A stretch of DNA of 62,567 bases, filler included, from Choristocarpus tenellus KU-1152 (Eukaryota > Protista > Phaeophyceae): NCBI GenBank assembly GCA_964200185.2. It is 10 parts of 10 records of this genome, joined end to end, with 100 filler letters (N's around TTAATTAATTAA, not from the genome) between each part and the next. Parts side by side here need not be neighbours in the genome. Positions count along the whole stretch, not along the records: positions 38,593 to 53,498 come from CAXNAD020001099.1; positions 53,599 to 57,718 come from CAXNAD020016113.1; 8 more parts are not named here. One strand, 5' to 3'. How positions within the stretch are numbered: the first letter of the stretch is position 1; each line of letters opens with the position of its first letter. Below the pieces are notes generated by a model. The model saw only the letters and a program-made list of their open reading frames with translations, did no database searches and was not told where the DNA came from. Below are positions 40,736-53,933 of the stretch, piece by piece. The position numbers and the translations under genes were made by a program.

Positions 40736-43700
40736 ATGAAGCGACCCTTCACAACCTTTGGGGCGTTAGCCTTTATCAGCATCCAGCTAGACACGGTGAG
40801 TGGATGAAAGAAATTAAAATATTACTTTGACACAGCTGCTATGGAGGTGGCTCTAAGTTTACCCCATTTTACCGAGTTGCGGGAGACAAAGCGAGTGTCA
40901 ATTTTATCTTAAGGGTGGAGGGACATCAATCGTGCTGTATGGTGTGAGGTGAAGGTTTGCCCTTCTTTGCTTGAGCTCGCATATTTTGATTAATATCGAA
41001 AAATGTGCAAGTAGGACAACGTCAACTTGGCAGTTCTTTTCCTCTTCTCACTAGCTCGGATTTAAACATGCACGTATCCACACATGTCGCTTCTCATCTT
41101 CAATGTTGCTTCCTTGTACATGGAAACCTTACTGTAGCGTTAAAGAACTCGATAAATCCTGCTTGTATGAAACGACGCAATTCTGTGCCTCATATTGGTT
41201 GCATTCCTTTGTTGACTATGGGTTGTCTTCATTTGCAACTTGACGATATGTAACCCATGCACCATACCTGCAGGGCAAGGCATTTAAAGTTTCCTTAGGA
41301 CCACAGCGACATACTGTTCCATACACCGGAAGAAACCATGGCATTGTCCCACCACCTAGCAAGCCCGTGGCGTCTCAGCCAAGATTCGACTCGCAGACAA
41401 TGGCTACTGGTGGAGTGGAGACTGCTTCTAATGATGTTGATGCCCAGGACGAAACGGACATGAAAATTCAGACCACTGTTGAAGAGAAGGGTGCAAGTAT
41501 TGAGGAAGTTAATGAAGCCGAGGTCAATGTTGATACTATCACTACATCTGAGCCTGTGAGGTCAGTGGAGAAGGATGCGGACTCGACGCCCAAGGTCGCA
41601 CCTGTGCAACCGCGGCGAAATGAGGTACGGTGGGATCGGTCAGCGACTGGTACCTGTCCTTGTTAGCACTCTCCGATGTTGTCAGATAAGCCTAGTTGCC
41701 TTTGTCCTGCCCACTGTTGTTGTCACTTTGTCCAGAATGCGTCAACCCTTTTTGCATGTTCAACATCGTCAGTTCTCTTGTGCTTCATCACATTTTCTGA
41801 CCAAATCACCCCAGTCAGATACAAATGCATGAGGAAATCTAATGCTCATGAATACCTTGGCCTGTTCATTTGACCATCTTTTTTTTGCTCTGTGTGGATT
41901 CAAGTTTGACTCAGTGGAGAAAGCACTAGAATATGTCAGGCAAATCAGTGCAGCAAATCTCGAACAGGTGAGGTGGTATCAGCATCAAGCTGAGTGCAAG
42001 GCATCTACAAAAGGGGTTGGGGGCTGGGGTGGTTGCTTGTGTGCTATTGTTCAGCTATCATCAAAGACTGTGACATTCAAGTTTGTAGTGCTTTGAATAG
42101 GGTTAGGGTTAGGTACCGGAGTGTACATGTTGCCATATTTTTTTTTGCTGGTTATTGTGTAGTAGTATTGCACAGAGAGGTAAATCTTTAACTCATGACA
42201 TGTAATCTTCACTGTATACCTTTGTATCAATTTAGCATCAAGAGATAAGATATCTCAAGTGTGTATTGATGAGACACAATTGCTTAGGATGCTGTCAGGT
42301 TGTGCTCATGTCCCAGCCACACCATGCATTCATGTGTGTATTGATGAGACACAATTGCTTAGGATGCTGTCAGGTTGTGCTCATGTCCCAACCACACCAT
42401 GCATTCATGTGTGCACCAACTCGAATCATTTGCTCTACTTCTCAGAAAAAGGTTGCTGAACTGGCAAAGAGGTCGAAAGCTGTATCAGAAACTGAAACAT
42501 CTGAACCACCTGTGACTGCACCGGAGTCTGCAAAGTCAGCACCGGCCAAGCCAGTAGCAGCCAGGCCGCCGGTGAGTGGAGTGGTGGGAGTATTCTTAGC
42601 GACTTGTTACCTAAAGTGCAATACATAAGTAACATGGTGTGTATGTTTGATATTTCTTGGCGCCCAGAAATATTTTATTTCATGATTTGTTCTTTGACTT
42701 TTTTTTTTTGGTTGTGTGCTGTGTACCTGAAGCTAGTTTACCAATAACACCCAAATCTGCGGCACAGGGCTGATTCAGATTCTGCTGGCAACCTATCCAA
42801 ACAAAAAGCGGTTCTTGGAGGGGCCTATGAGGCTTGTATCATGCACGAAAATATGGGCTCTAGCTAGACCTCACCTACACTTACTCTTGCTTGCTCCATG
42901 CCCTTGTTATTTTAGGCCTCTGAGGCATCCGTAGCTTCACCAGGTGATGTGCTCAAACCCACAAAAGCTGTGTCAGCTCGCCCTGAAGGTGTAAAGGCAA
43001 AATCTGTTGCCCCACCATCCACCCCGGTAAAGAGAGAGGTGAGAGAGGGAGCTACTGGAAGAAAGTCTGTTGGTCTGATGGTATATTATTGTGAGGAGAG
43101 GATTGATTGGACTTCTCGAATGTATCCTATTAGGTCAGTGTAGCATTGAGACCGGTTCTTTGTTTATGCTTGTTGCTGTTCAAGCCATGCGTTGGTAATT
43201 AGCAGTCTTGTTACGACCTCCATCAAGGAGATGTAGAGCATGTGGGTGGGGAAGGCATGGCTTTTGAAGTGGGATTTGGCCAAAGTAACTTATTTGTTTT
43301 CTTTCAACTGTCTTGATTACCTTTGTTACCTTGGTATTTTTTAACTGTTGCTTGATGTTCATAATACATTGCAGAATAACGGTGACAGCAGATGTTGAAG
43401 GGTTTTTTGATATCTCTTGAAGAATGCCCTAGTATCTCACGTTTTCCCTCCTGTCTATGATCCTTTAAGGTTATCCCTCCAAAGGAAGCAGAGGTGGTGA
43501 AGATTAAGACTCCGGATGAGGTCAAGACTACAGTGGGAGATGCTAAGGGTGAGAGTGAGACTGAGTCTGCAGCTGAGCCTGCTGCTGAGCCTGCTGCTGA
43601 GCCTGCTGCTAAGTCTACTGCTGAGCCTGCTGCTACTGAGGAGTCTACTTCCCAACTCAAGGCTGCAGCATCGATAACAGCCACCAAAAAAGAATCGGTT

Positions 43701-46700
43701 GAGTGACACTCTCCCCTTGACACACTCCCCTTGACACACTCCCCTTCTGCCCCGTGTGAAATAGACCAGCTGAATATCAAGGACGATATTCAATTATTAT
43801 GTAGTGTTTGCTTTCTTCGTCACGAAACATTGGATGGGTGAGTTAAGTGGTAACTGCTAATAATTTATTGCTGTCTCTTTTGCCCTCCTCCCACCTTATC
43901 AGAAGGAGTCATCGCCATCCATGTTTGAAGGCTTGTTCAACATGGGCTCAGATTCCATCGAGGATTTCTTTGGGATCAAAGTGAAGTCTGTCCTGGTGCG
44001 TGTTCTCTCGACTGACATACTCCCTCTGTACAACTGATAAACTCCCTCTGCACAAGAAGCTTTGCTGATGTATGGCTCGTTACTGCCTTGTGGTATTGCT
44101 GGTGAACAAGGTGGTACAGTGGTTGAAGAAGCAGTGTTGTGAATCTTAGCTTTGATTGGACCATTGTGGATTGATACAATCACCATCAAGTAAAATCAAG
44201 TAAAACCGAAAACCAAAGGGAATTTTTTTGGAATTTTTTTGACAGGTTTCTTTTCGCTGGAGCGTTTTCCTCAGCACGCATCATTTGCAGAGTTTGGCAA
44301 TTATCAGGGTACTATTATTGCAATATGTGTAAGTTTTAATTTTTAATTTGAATTTGAGTACACTTTTATTTTTGTCGTGTGGAGAATTTTCCGGAACACG
44401 ATGAATGGTTTCCTTTATCCTGATCCTAGCTCTGTCCCTGACACTGCATTTTTGAACAAAAAGAAGTTCCTGAATTCAATCGAGTTTCTGGTGGCTGCTG
44501 TGCCCCGCCCCCCCCTCCTTCCCTGATTTGTTCAACTGTAGAGTAGATGTACTTGTGGAATTGCAAGATAAGGGTTAGGGTTGGGGGTTGCAGGAGGGAG
44601 ATGTGACGTTCTATTCCTATTTTTCTGCACTAGTTTAGGCCCTGTTAATTTACCGATTTCTCTTGCACTGAAATGAATCAGAAATGAGTCCTTTGCTGTG
44701 ATGCCTGATTGCTCAAGGCTGGGATTCACGCCTTGTTACTTGTATTGAGTGAGGAGGTTTGTGGTGGATAAGGTAAGGAGTGGGGTTCGTACACATGCCC
44801 ACCCAGAGCAGCTGTTGTTTGTTGTGTTGATCAGGTGGACACCACCAAGCCACCTCCGAAGGAACAGCCCCTGCCCAACCTCGACTCTAAGAAAGTGGAT
44901 GCGCTTATTGAAGAGGATGGACTTACTGAGGTGACCCTCAAGGTGAACACACATATATACACGTACATATATATTTCTAAGTATGCATGAATGTTCAAGT
45001 TTGTAAACAAAAGCCGAAAAACTTAGGGTTAGGGTTCTGAGAGATGCGGCGCATTAGCCCTTAAAAGCGTCAGAGGTTGGGGCTCAGCAGGCATTTCATG
45101 TGGTATACCTTATTCTGTTTGTGGTGTGACTTCTGAGTCTTAGCCCCTGGGTACATATGTTATGGTGTGCTTGGACCTATCTATTTGTGAAGGGACTGTT
45201 TACAGTATGATCTCCATGAGGTGTGATAGTTACGTAATTGCTTCTGGTCGTTCTGTAGGACTTGCAAGGAAGTAGAGTCACCATTCCCATCTCCTTTTCC
45301 CATTCTCATTCTCATTCCTATTCTCACGTAGGTCACGAAGTATCACAGCTCTGCGATTTTTGTTGGATGCACAATTGTGTTGAAATTTAGTAGTGGAAGC
45401 CCTTGTTTCTTGTTTTTCTCCTTTCTTGTTGAATCAGAATGTTGATATTATGATACTACTGTTCTTCTGTGCATGGCGTGTTCATGTTGCGTTAGAGTGT
45501 AGGGTCAGGGTTAGGGTGATACATTTCTTCCACTGTGTCCCATCTGTGATGTGTGTTATGTAACATACGCTCTATGAGGGTTAGAGAGTATGGATTACTG
45601 ATTAGGTTTTTACTTCATTTGCATGTATTGCAGAGTTTTGATGTACCGGTAGTTTTTTATTTATTTACATAGTTGTGATAACATAGTTGTGATAGACACT
45701 TCAACCCCTTCGAACCAAAACAGGGCAAGTTCCGTGAGCTTGAGGAAGAGGCAGCAGAAAAAGAAAGGGCGGCTAAGGAATCAACCAAGGGGGAGAAGTC
45801 CTCAGTAAAGGAGGCTACTGTGCCCAAACCTACCACGCCGAAGAGTGGTGCCGCACCATCTTCTCCATTTGCAGGGTTGACCTCTATGTTTTCAGCAAGC
45901 CCAAAGCCAGTGGCCAAAGAGGCAGCAGAGGTTCCACGCCCCAAAACAACACCCCCCCCTCCCAAGGTTACAAAGGTCAAGACACTGAAGGTTACCTCTG
46001 CCCCTGCCCCTGCCCCTGCCTCTGTCCCATCACCCTCTTTAGCTTCCACTCCAACCCCTTCGTCTGAGGGCCCAGGATTCTGGGAGTCCATGTTTGGCAC
46101 TCCCGTGGATGATGGTGATGTGAACACGCTGCCTGAGAAGGTCGATAGCGCACGGTCCATGCCAGTGTTTACCCCGCCCCCAGCACCAGCCAAGGCCCCG
46201 GTGAAGGCCTCTGTTAAGGGAGAGGAGAAGAAGACGTCTACTCGTGCCCCCTCTCCTGAGGAGAAAAAAGCTGCGCCTGCATCGACTTTGTTTGGCATGT
46301 TTGGGGGGAGTTCTCAGGCAACGAAGGAGGTACCCCCCCCAGCAGCCAAGCCAAAGGTTGCTCCGGCTTCAACTCCGGAGCCCAAGGCTGCCCCATCCAA
46401 GGGTGGCGCTGCACCATCTTCTCCATTGGCAGGTTTGACCTCCATGTTTTCAATGAGCCCTAAGCCAGCAGCCAAAAAGGAAGTGGAAGTTCCTCCTTCA
46501 AAAGCAACCACCCCCACCCCAACCAAGGTTGCAAAGGCCAAGACTTTAAAGGTTACCTCGGCCCCTGCCCCAGCACCTGTGTCTTCCCCTCCCACACCTA
46601 TGTCTAAGGGTCCAGGATTCTGGGAGTCCATGTTTGCACCCCCAGTGGATGATGAAGAAGTCAACACCTTGCCTGAAAAGGTTGATGGTGCCCGGGCCAT

Positions 46701-49700
46701 GCCAGTGTTTGCCCCACCCCCTGCCCCAGCTAAGGCTCCAGCAGCTAAAAAGGTGTCTGCTCCTCCTGCCCCTGCCCCCAAGGAGAAGAAGGCAGCGCCA
46801 GCGCCATCGATGTTCAGCATGCTGGGAACAAATGTTTCTCAAAAGAGTTCACCTACCCCGTCTAAAGCTGACACTCAACCAGTCACTCCGCCTCCCAAGA
46901 CCGCTGCAAATAAGGCACCTCCTGCTGGAGGGTTCAACTTGTTTGGAGGTATGTCTGCGAAGAAAACTGCTCCTGCCCCTGCCCCTGCCCCTGCCCCTGC
47001 TCCTGTTGTGGAGGAGAAGAAAAGCTCATCATTCATGGACAAGCTCTTTACTACGTCCAAGCCGGCCCCAAGTCTAGCCCCAGAGGTTGAGCCTGTGGCA
47101 AAGCCATCCCCTGCACCATCAAACCCTTTTGGTGGTCTCTTTGGTTCTGCAGGATCCTCTCCTAAAAGGACAGCAGCAGCAGCAGCCAAGCCCAAGCCCA
47201 AGCCCAAGCCCAAGCCCAAGCCCAAGCCTAAACCCAAGCCCAAGCCTGCTGCTCCTGTTTCTCCTCAACCAGTGCCGGTGGTGTCTCGTGTAAAGACTAT
47301 GGATGATAGCTTCCTTCGCAAGGTTTCCATCATGCTTAAGCGCAACCAGGTACTCTTTGAAGTGGAAGGCGTTTGTTGTTGAGGGAAAGGCGTGCTCAAG
47401 GGTTGATTGGAAGACGTTTCAAACAGTGTTACCCCAACCTTTATGCCATTGCAGGAGCTACAACTTGATGCTCTAACAGGTTTCTCTTCAAGAAATTGAC
47501 GGGCTGTGATGGTGTTGTAGTTTTTCATGCTGTTTGGGTTTGATGTTGCTCACAGTTTCAGATGGGAAAATGACCTGGAGTACTGATATTAATCAGTCTC
47601 TTAGTTGTTCTTATCCCAGGCATTGACATCGAATATTTGATTACAGTTACCACTGATTTTTGAAATACATCACCATGTCTAGCGAATATCACCGCTTATT
47701 TTAGGTACACGGCCACTTGCCACATTATTACTGGCAAGGGATCTCGTCAGTCTTTCCTCTCTAAAGATGGCCGAACCTCTATCTCTCTCCGTTGTACTCT
47801 CTCTCTCTTCCCTAGTGTTGGGTCTGTCTGGGGCATACATTTTCAACCTCTTGACTGCCTGCCTCCCTTTATTTTTATTTTTTTAAACTTGAAAAAAAAT
47901 TAAATGTGCTTGATAGGTGAAGATCAAGAAGTTCCAGCAGCTCACTGACCGATTCCGAGGGGGTCTGATTAATGCAAAGGGGTACTACGAACAGGTGGAG
48001 GAACTCTTTGGAGAGGCAAACGTTGAGGTGAGCAATCAGAAATGACCCCTTCTCGTACCGTACACGCAGGCACCCCTAGGATGAAGTGGTAAGGGTATGG
48101 GCTAGGTGCTTGCTTTGAGGTGAGGTCGCAGGTGGAATATTTTTATATTTTTTCTGTTTCTTGGTGGGGAGGGGGGGAGGCATGTGCTTCACATGGTCTT
48201 GGCCGAAATCGCACTGGATTATTGTTTTTTTTTTTTGTATTTGCAGGAACTGCTTTTAAAAACCCCCCAAGGTGGACTGTTTCGAGGCAATGTATCAGTC
48301 AAATGTTTTGTTCTCATTGGAGCATGGGGTACACTATGTCTATGTGTGTGCTTTTGTGATCTCCATTCTGGGCTAACTTGAGGAAAGGGAGGTGTTTTTT
48401 TTTGCCTCTGGTAATTGCATGTTCCAGTATGAAGCCAACAACGCCTTTGCACGATTTTCTTGTTGATAGCAGTGCTTTAAATTGTGTTTCGGTTTAAGTA
48501 GGCGGTACAGTATTTCCATGACAAAAAGTGTTGAGAACATTTCTGGAATTGCTTGTACTGTTAGAGGGTAAATTGCACTATGTCATACTGCTCCCCTACC
48601 AAACTGTAGATTTCCAAGTCAGCAGAGTGCAGTACATTTGTGAGTTTGTTGGCAGGCTGCCTGAAGAAGGCCCGTATTAAACGTGTTGATGGGTGGTGCT
48701 TGTCCTGAGGAACACGGTAACGGAGTTTAGCCTTGCCATTTCATTGGTGCACTGTCCTTCTCGTGTTGGTTCCCTTGACCGGACACTAGCTACCATCTCC
48801 GTGACAATATTTCTATCACACTGTATTGAAAGTACTGGGACTTTTTTTTTCATGCACAAGCTGGAGGAAGTTGCAATTGGAATGGTCTGTACAACCACCA
48901 CCTATACACACTTTTGATGGCAATTGAGACAGTTCTTGAGACAGTTCTTGAGACAGTTCTTGAGACAGTTCTCCCCTCCTGCCTCCCTTCGGTCCCCTGT
49001 AGCAAATCACTGGGCCTCTCCTGGGGGCGCTGCCTGAGAAAGACAAGCGCAAAACCCTTCAGGATGCCATCAAAAAGGCTCAGAAGAATAAGTTAGCGGC
49101 CACCGCTACTGCCGGGGGGGGAGGGGAAGGGGAAGGGGAAGGGGAAGGAGGCTTTAACCTCTTTGGCTGGGGGAAGAAGGAACCTGCAAGTGCACAGTCA
49201 ACCCCTGCCCCTGTGGTTGCAAAGAAGGGCAGTGTGAAAGGGGCTAGCAGTGCAGGGTCAGATCCGTTTGCAGCAGTGTATTCAAAGCTCTCTGGTGCAA
49301 ACTTGGCACTGTTCAAGGCACGTACTGACCTTTACCTGAGGGGGGGTATCAATGCAAGGTGAGGAATGATGCGGGGCAGATGTTGATTGTTGCCTTGTCT
49401 TATCTTGTCTTCTACTCTGCCTCTGCAAGGGACGGGTGAGGGTGGAGCTGATTGTTGAAGCTAAATGAGTGTGGCCTTTTTCTCGTACACTGTGGTACTG
49501 TGTGTGTCTGTAGGTACTGTATGTGTCTGTAGTTGTGTGGGTGTTGTACTGATGGCAGTAGTTGTTCTGATGTTGGTACTGGGTGTTTCAATAGGACCAG
49601 TTATGTTGTACTGATGTTGCTTGGTGGTGTACCGATGTCACTATCTATTGTACTGGCTAGGGAGGGCCTATGGTGACAACTCAATTGTTATTCCATGTAT

Positions 49701-51554
49701 TCCGATTCGAATTTCAACTCACTACGCTTGTAATTGAACACCATGGATAAAACTAACAGCTTTTTTCATCCTCAAAGAGCTTAGAGCTCCCCAATGTAAC
49801 CCATCCTTTTATACTATTACTACTATGTTTGCACACTACTCTATTCACAGGAGAAGCAGAAAGAGTGGGGGTGGGGGTAATTTTGGGTGCTGGCACTAAT
49901 AACTTAGTATGAGGTAGAGACTAGGCGGAAAATTACAGTGTTGAGGTCTAGCCAATTATTTTTGTTTTGATCCCCTGACATGGTCAATAGGTAGGTTGTT
50001 TTACTTTGTTTTCAATGTGGGAAGACCCAAAATCTCAAAGGTTCATTTTGCTTGCGATGGCGTGAGTGCTCGTTTTTTTTTTCAGGGCAGTATCACTGAC
50101 CCGCAGACAAGGGTTAGTAATAGTTGGTGTTCCTGAGAGGACAGACTGTAGTTGAGACTTTGTACACTCTCTTATCTGACTGGTGTATGCTGTCGATGGC
50201 CGTAGCCCTTGAAGAGTTTGTCTGGAGTATGTGAATGCCAGAATTTGAAAGACCCTAACCCTAACCCTAACCCTAACCCAAGTCATCTCAAGATCAAAAG
50301 AGCTCATGCTGCGCTGGTAAGTGTTTCCAATTCCGAAATAGAGCACACTGTACTTGTTCCCACCTCCTCGTTGTTATTGAAATCTGAGCCTTTTTTGGTC
50401 TGTTTTTCCCGATTGAATTAACACATTGCAAAATACACGCACACAGACACCACCCCCCAACTGGCGTATCGCAGGCGTGATGATCGATGATTGATGTAGA
50501 GGATGTTGTTGGCACATCTCGTAAGGGTTAGGGTTTCATTTATTTTATTTTGTACGGCACGGTGTTGGCACTTTTCATGCTTGTGTGTGCGCATGGGCTT
50601 AGATTTCTTTTATTTGTGTTGCAAGAAATTGTACTCTCATGTTGGTGTCGCTCGACAAATGTCTGCAGGGCATCTTTTGGACCATGCACACACCTCTACT
50701 ACATCTTGTAGACCAAATTTTGAATAGCGAATGGGGTGATTTGTTTCTGTGTGAATGTATTGCAGCAAGTCGCATTGGCCGGTCAGATTGTATCGACGAC
50801 GGAATGGTAAGGTCTATTCACTTTGACCTGCGCTAGGGTTGTTCTTGACGGATTGCTGGCATCGAAATGTCCAACAGGGTCTACCCTTCACAAAGAACCC
50901 ATTGGTCGCTATCCTCGACTCTGAATCATCCTGTGTTAGGATGTCATTTGTCACAATTGCTCCGAATATTGTTCTGAATGTTGCGATGGCGGTTACGTGT
51001 TTTTCCTTTTTACACCATGCTGTTCCATGTTCCTACTTCTTTGTTCCGAATCTTGCGAGGGAGTTGAAAAAAATAAACCAAACTGTGCAGCACCCATGTG
51101 CACGATAATTGAGGTGTGGAACAAATGATCGACCAAACGAAAGGATTTTGATGATACATTTTTTTTTTTGTAATTTGAGATTTTGTATGTCAATTGACTC
51201 CATTGAATCGCCTTCGAATTGTAACACTGTACCAACAACAAAGGCACCTTATTTCTTGTGTGAGAATTTTATTTTTATTTTAGAGAATGATTGAAAATGA
51301 TCTGCACTTGATCCAAGATTAACTTTTTCCTGGAATATATATAAATATAAAAATATATTGTTTATTTTTATTTTTATTTTTCTCATGTGTTGCATGTCCC
51401 AATACGTTTCCCTGTGATCAGGAATTATTATGATTCGCTGGAGCGTGTGTTTGGTAAGAGTAACATGGCGGCTGAAGTGCCAGGGGTGCTCAAAGCCCTG
51501 CCGGCGAACAAGCGCTCTCTCCTCAACAGTGTGTACACTGGACTCACCAATTAG
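40736..51554 (+). CDS. 12-exon gene: ~1,125-aa predicted plastid-targeted, largely disordered Pro/Ala/Lys-rich protein with two C-terminal PAH-like helical repeats
   Basis: Exons 40736-40795, 41274-41624, 41905-41967, 42446-42571, 42916-43038, 43470-43697, 43903-43995, 44835-44942, 45724-47349, 47917-48027, 49003-49358 and 51422-51554. All are GT-AG and in phase from ATG to TAG (donors of exons 5 and 6 less certain). N-terminus MKRPFTTFGALAFISIQLDTGKA|FKVSLGPQR reads as a signal peptide followed by F (ASAFAP-type). Confidence 0.85.
42258..42412. repeat. 76-bp intronic tandem duplication
   Basis: gtgtgtattgatgagacacaattgcttaggatgctgtcaggttgtgctcatgtccca(g/a)ccacaccatgcattcat occurs twice. Confidence 0.9.
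47186..47246 (+). repeat. Coding hexanucleotide repeat giving (KP)10
   Basis: (AAGCCC)n within exon 9. Confidence 0.9.
48924..48972. repeat. 12-bp tandem repeat x4, just upstream of an acceptor site
   Basis: (TTGAGACAGTTC)4. Confidence 0.9.
50253..50279. repeat. Interstitial telomere-like repeat (CCCTAA)4.5 in an intron
   Basis: ccctaaccctaaccctaaccctaaccc. Confidence 0.85.
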
Positions 51555-53598
51555 AGGACAGAGTCAGATTTGGAAGAGGAAGGGTATGGAGAGGTCAGGG
51601 GGGAGTGGGGGACTTGGTAGTCTTTTTAGGATTGAACTGCCGGGAGGAAGTGATACTTTCTGCACTGCTTTTCTATTGCCATTAGAATAGGGACTGCAGT
51701 TCTATACTGCACAAGTGTGGTGCAGTATTTATGACATCTGAATGGCGCGCTGCTTGTTGACTCTGGGAGGGGGGATAGGGTGTAGTGTCCATGTGTGGCA
51801 TACACTTCACAGTGTATCCGTATATTGATGGAAGCATGGCACGTGGGGCTTTGTTCCCTGAGTTGTTTTGTAGTGTAGCCAAGGTGTTGGACATGCTGTG
51901 AGATAGACTTTTTTTGTGCCCCAAGTTTGAATTGGTTAGATCTTGGTTAGTAGGATTGCCTGAGGTTGTGTATTTTTGGTATAGACTGCCTGTTTAGTGA
52001 AATCTAGATAGTCAGGTGCTGTTTGTGTAAGCTCATTGTCTTACTGTGCCACCTTTGACACTTTGCCCTCTGTATGCAATGCCTTGGTTTCGTGGGTCCA
52101 TCATAGTGGTACCGCATGCATCCATACTCACAGTTGACAATGAGTTGGGGAATATATTTTATCCCATTTTTGCGGATGACTGCTGATGTGAGAGAGCACA
52201 CTGTCCTGATGCTGATAGTTTGTAGGCACAGGAAAGAATAAGAGAGTTGATGTGTGACGAGGTATTGACCTAGAGATCAAAGCAAACCATTCTACTACGA
52301 TCAATATTTTGCCTGTGTGGAAAACTGAGGAGGCAAGAATACACCCATGGAAGTGAGATGGAGAAGAGGGGTACAGTCAAGTGAAAGGTTGCAAGCTCTG
52401 AGATTGAGAGTGGGAGGTGGTGCAGGAGGTGATCCTCTGTGTTGCAGATGGGGAGCCGACAGGCATCCACATTGATTGCGATGTGTGTGTGTGTGTGTGT
52501 GTGTGTTTGTGTCTCTCAATAGCTCTGGGTTGTGGCAACAAGCTTGTTTATTCAAGAAATTAATGAAAATGAAAGATATTACCTTGACTTTAAAGAAGAG
52601 CCAGGATATGTTGTGTGATGTTGTTATCTCTTTTCTGGTGTCTTGATTATGTTGGATACAGTGTAAGTCAATTTACACAACAATACAACGTTTTGTGCCT
52701 TTCCGTCTTTGTGCCGTTTTGTACGGAATACCAAGGTATTCGTTGGCAGCACCTGGTCGTATAGGGGACAGAGTGCATCATTATTCTCTGAGGGGAATCT
52801 TTCCGGTATTGTTGGGCTCTCAGGAAGCAACCTCATACATGCATCATGTTCTGTATACATGCTTGTTTTCTATGGGAATTACGGTTATGTATCAACCTTC
52901 GTAACATTTGTTTTTTAAAGCTAAAATTTTAGGGTCCCAGACCCTTGTTCGAAACTTAAGACAAGAGGAAAAGCAGCAACCCCAATTCCTGGAAACAACA
53001 AATATGTATTACGCCTTACACTATAATAGCAAATGAAAAAATGAATAGCTTCTGAAAGGGAGACGGTACTTCCTTGTATTCCAATAGCTGGAGCAAAAAA
53101 ATGTCACTAACGTTCCCAACGTTACCAAAGCCTTGAAGGAAATACAAGGAACTCAGTGTCGAGTACATCCATCACCTGAAAAACACCAGCAATATGATTC
53201 ATCCTAAGAATGAGGTGCAGGGAAACCGTTGAGCCCAAGAGGAAGAGACCAGTCAGTGATGAGAAAAAAAACCATTCTAACTGGTGGTAGTAGGTTCACA
53301 TTTACCCTTCTGTGCTTGTTGGGATGCCGCGTTATATTAAATTACGTCAGAGAACACGACTTCTCCAACATGCTGCACTCGTCCACAAAGCACTTGCTTC
53401 CTCTCAACTTCACGTGTGTAACACCTTACGCTGTTTTTTTGCCCCTATTTGCCACACCCCTCAACTTTAATCGTGTAGCGGTAGCGTGCAATGTACCCNN
53501 NNNNNNNNNNNNNNNNNNNNNNNNNNNNNNNNNNNNNNNNNNTTAATTAATTAANNNNNNNNNNNNNNNNNNNNNNNNNNNNNNNNNNNNNNNNNNNN

Positions 53599-53667
53599 AA
53601 AAAAAAGTTGTTTGACCGAAACGGACGCCCCCTCACAAGCCCCCCCCCCCCCCAGATACTTTGACCC
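53599..53667. mobile_element. MITE family B terminus at contig edge
   Basis: CCCCCCAGATACTTTGACCC. Confidence 0.65.
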
Positions 53668-53711
53668 TTGAACAATCCATCCCCTCCTTCAAACAAAAGT
53701 TGCATTCTCAC

Positions 53712-53933
53712 TTCGGGCCTTGCTGTTTTCACAGCCACATGCGTTACACCCCCCATGCGTGCCTTGAGCCATGCAATCCTGATGACCCCAAACCCCCCAC
53801 CCCCTATCTCCTGCACACTCTGAAAAGTAGAGGTGTGGTCAAGCATTTGGAGTTCTGCTGTTCCTAGGTGGACGGATGCGTGGACCTTCATCCAGTCCCC
53901 CACCAGTGAGGCCGGGTCACCTGTGCTCCCCAC
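53712..53933 (-). pseudogene. Protein kinase N-lobe exon fragment (subdomains I-II)
   Basis: QEIGGGGFGVIRIAWLK...THVAVKTARPE followed by donor GTGAGA. The remainder is cut off by a MITE and a gap. Confidence 0.6.

Noticed and set aside
45657-47243. Long minus-strand Gly/Ala-rich ORFs
   Set aside because: Antisense shadows of the low-complexity plus-strand exon.
45724-47349. FG-nucleoporin interpretation (GLFG/LFG motifs)
   Set aside because: FG motifs are sparse, spacers are P/K/E-rich, and the protein has a signal peptide plus plastid-type presequence.
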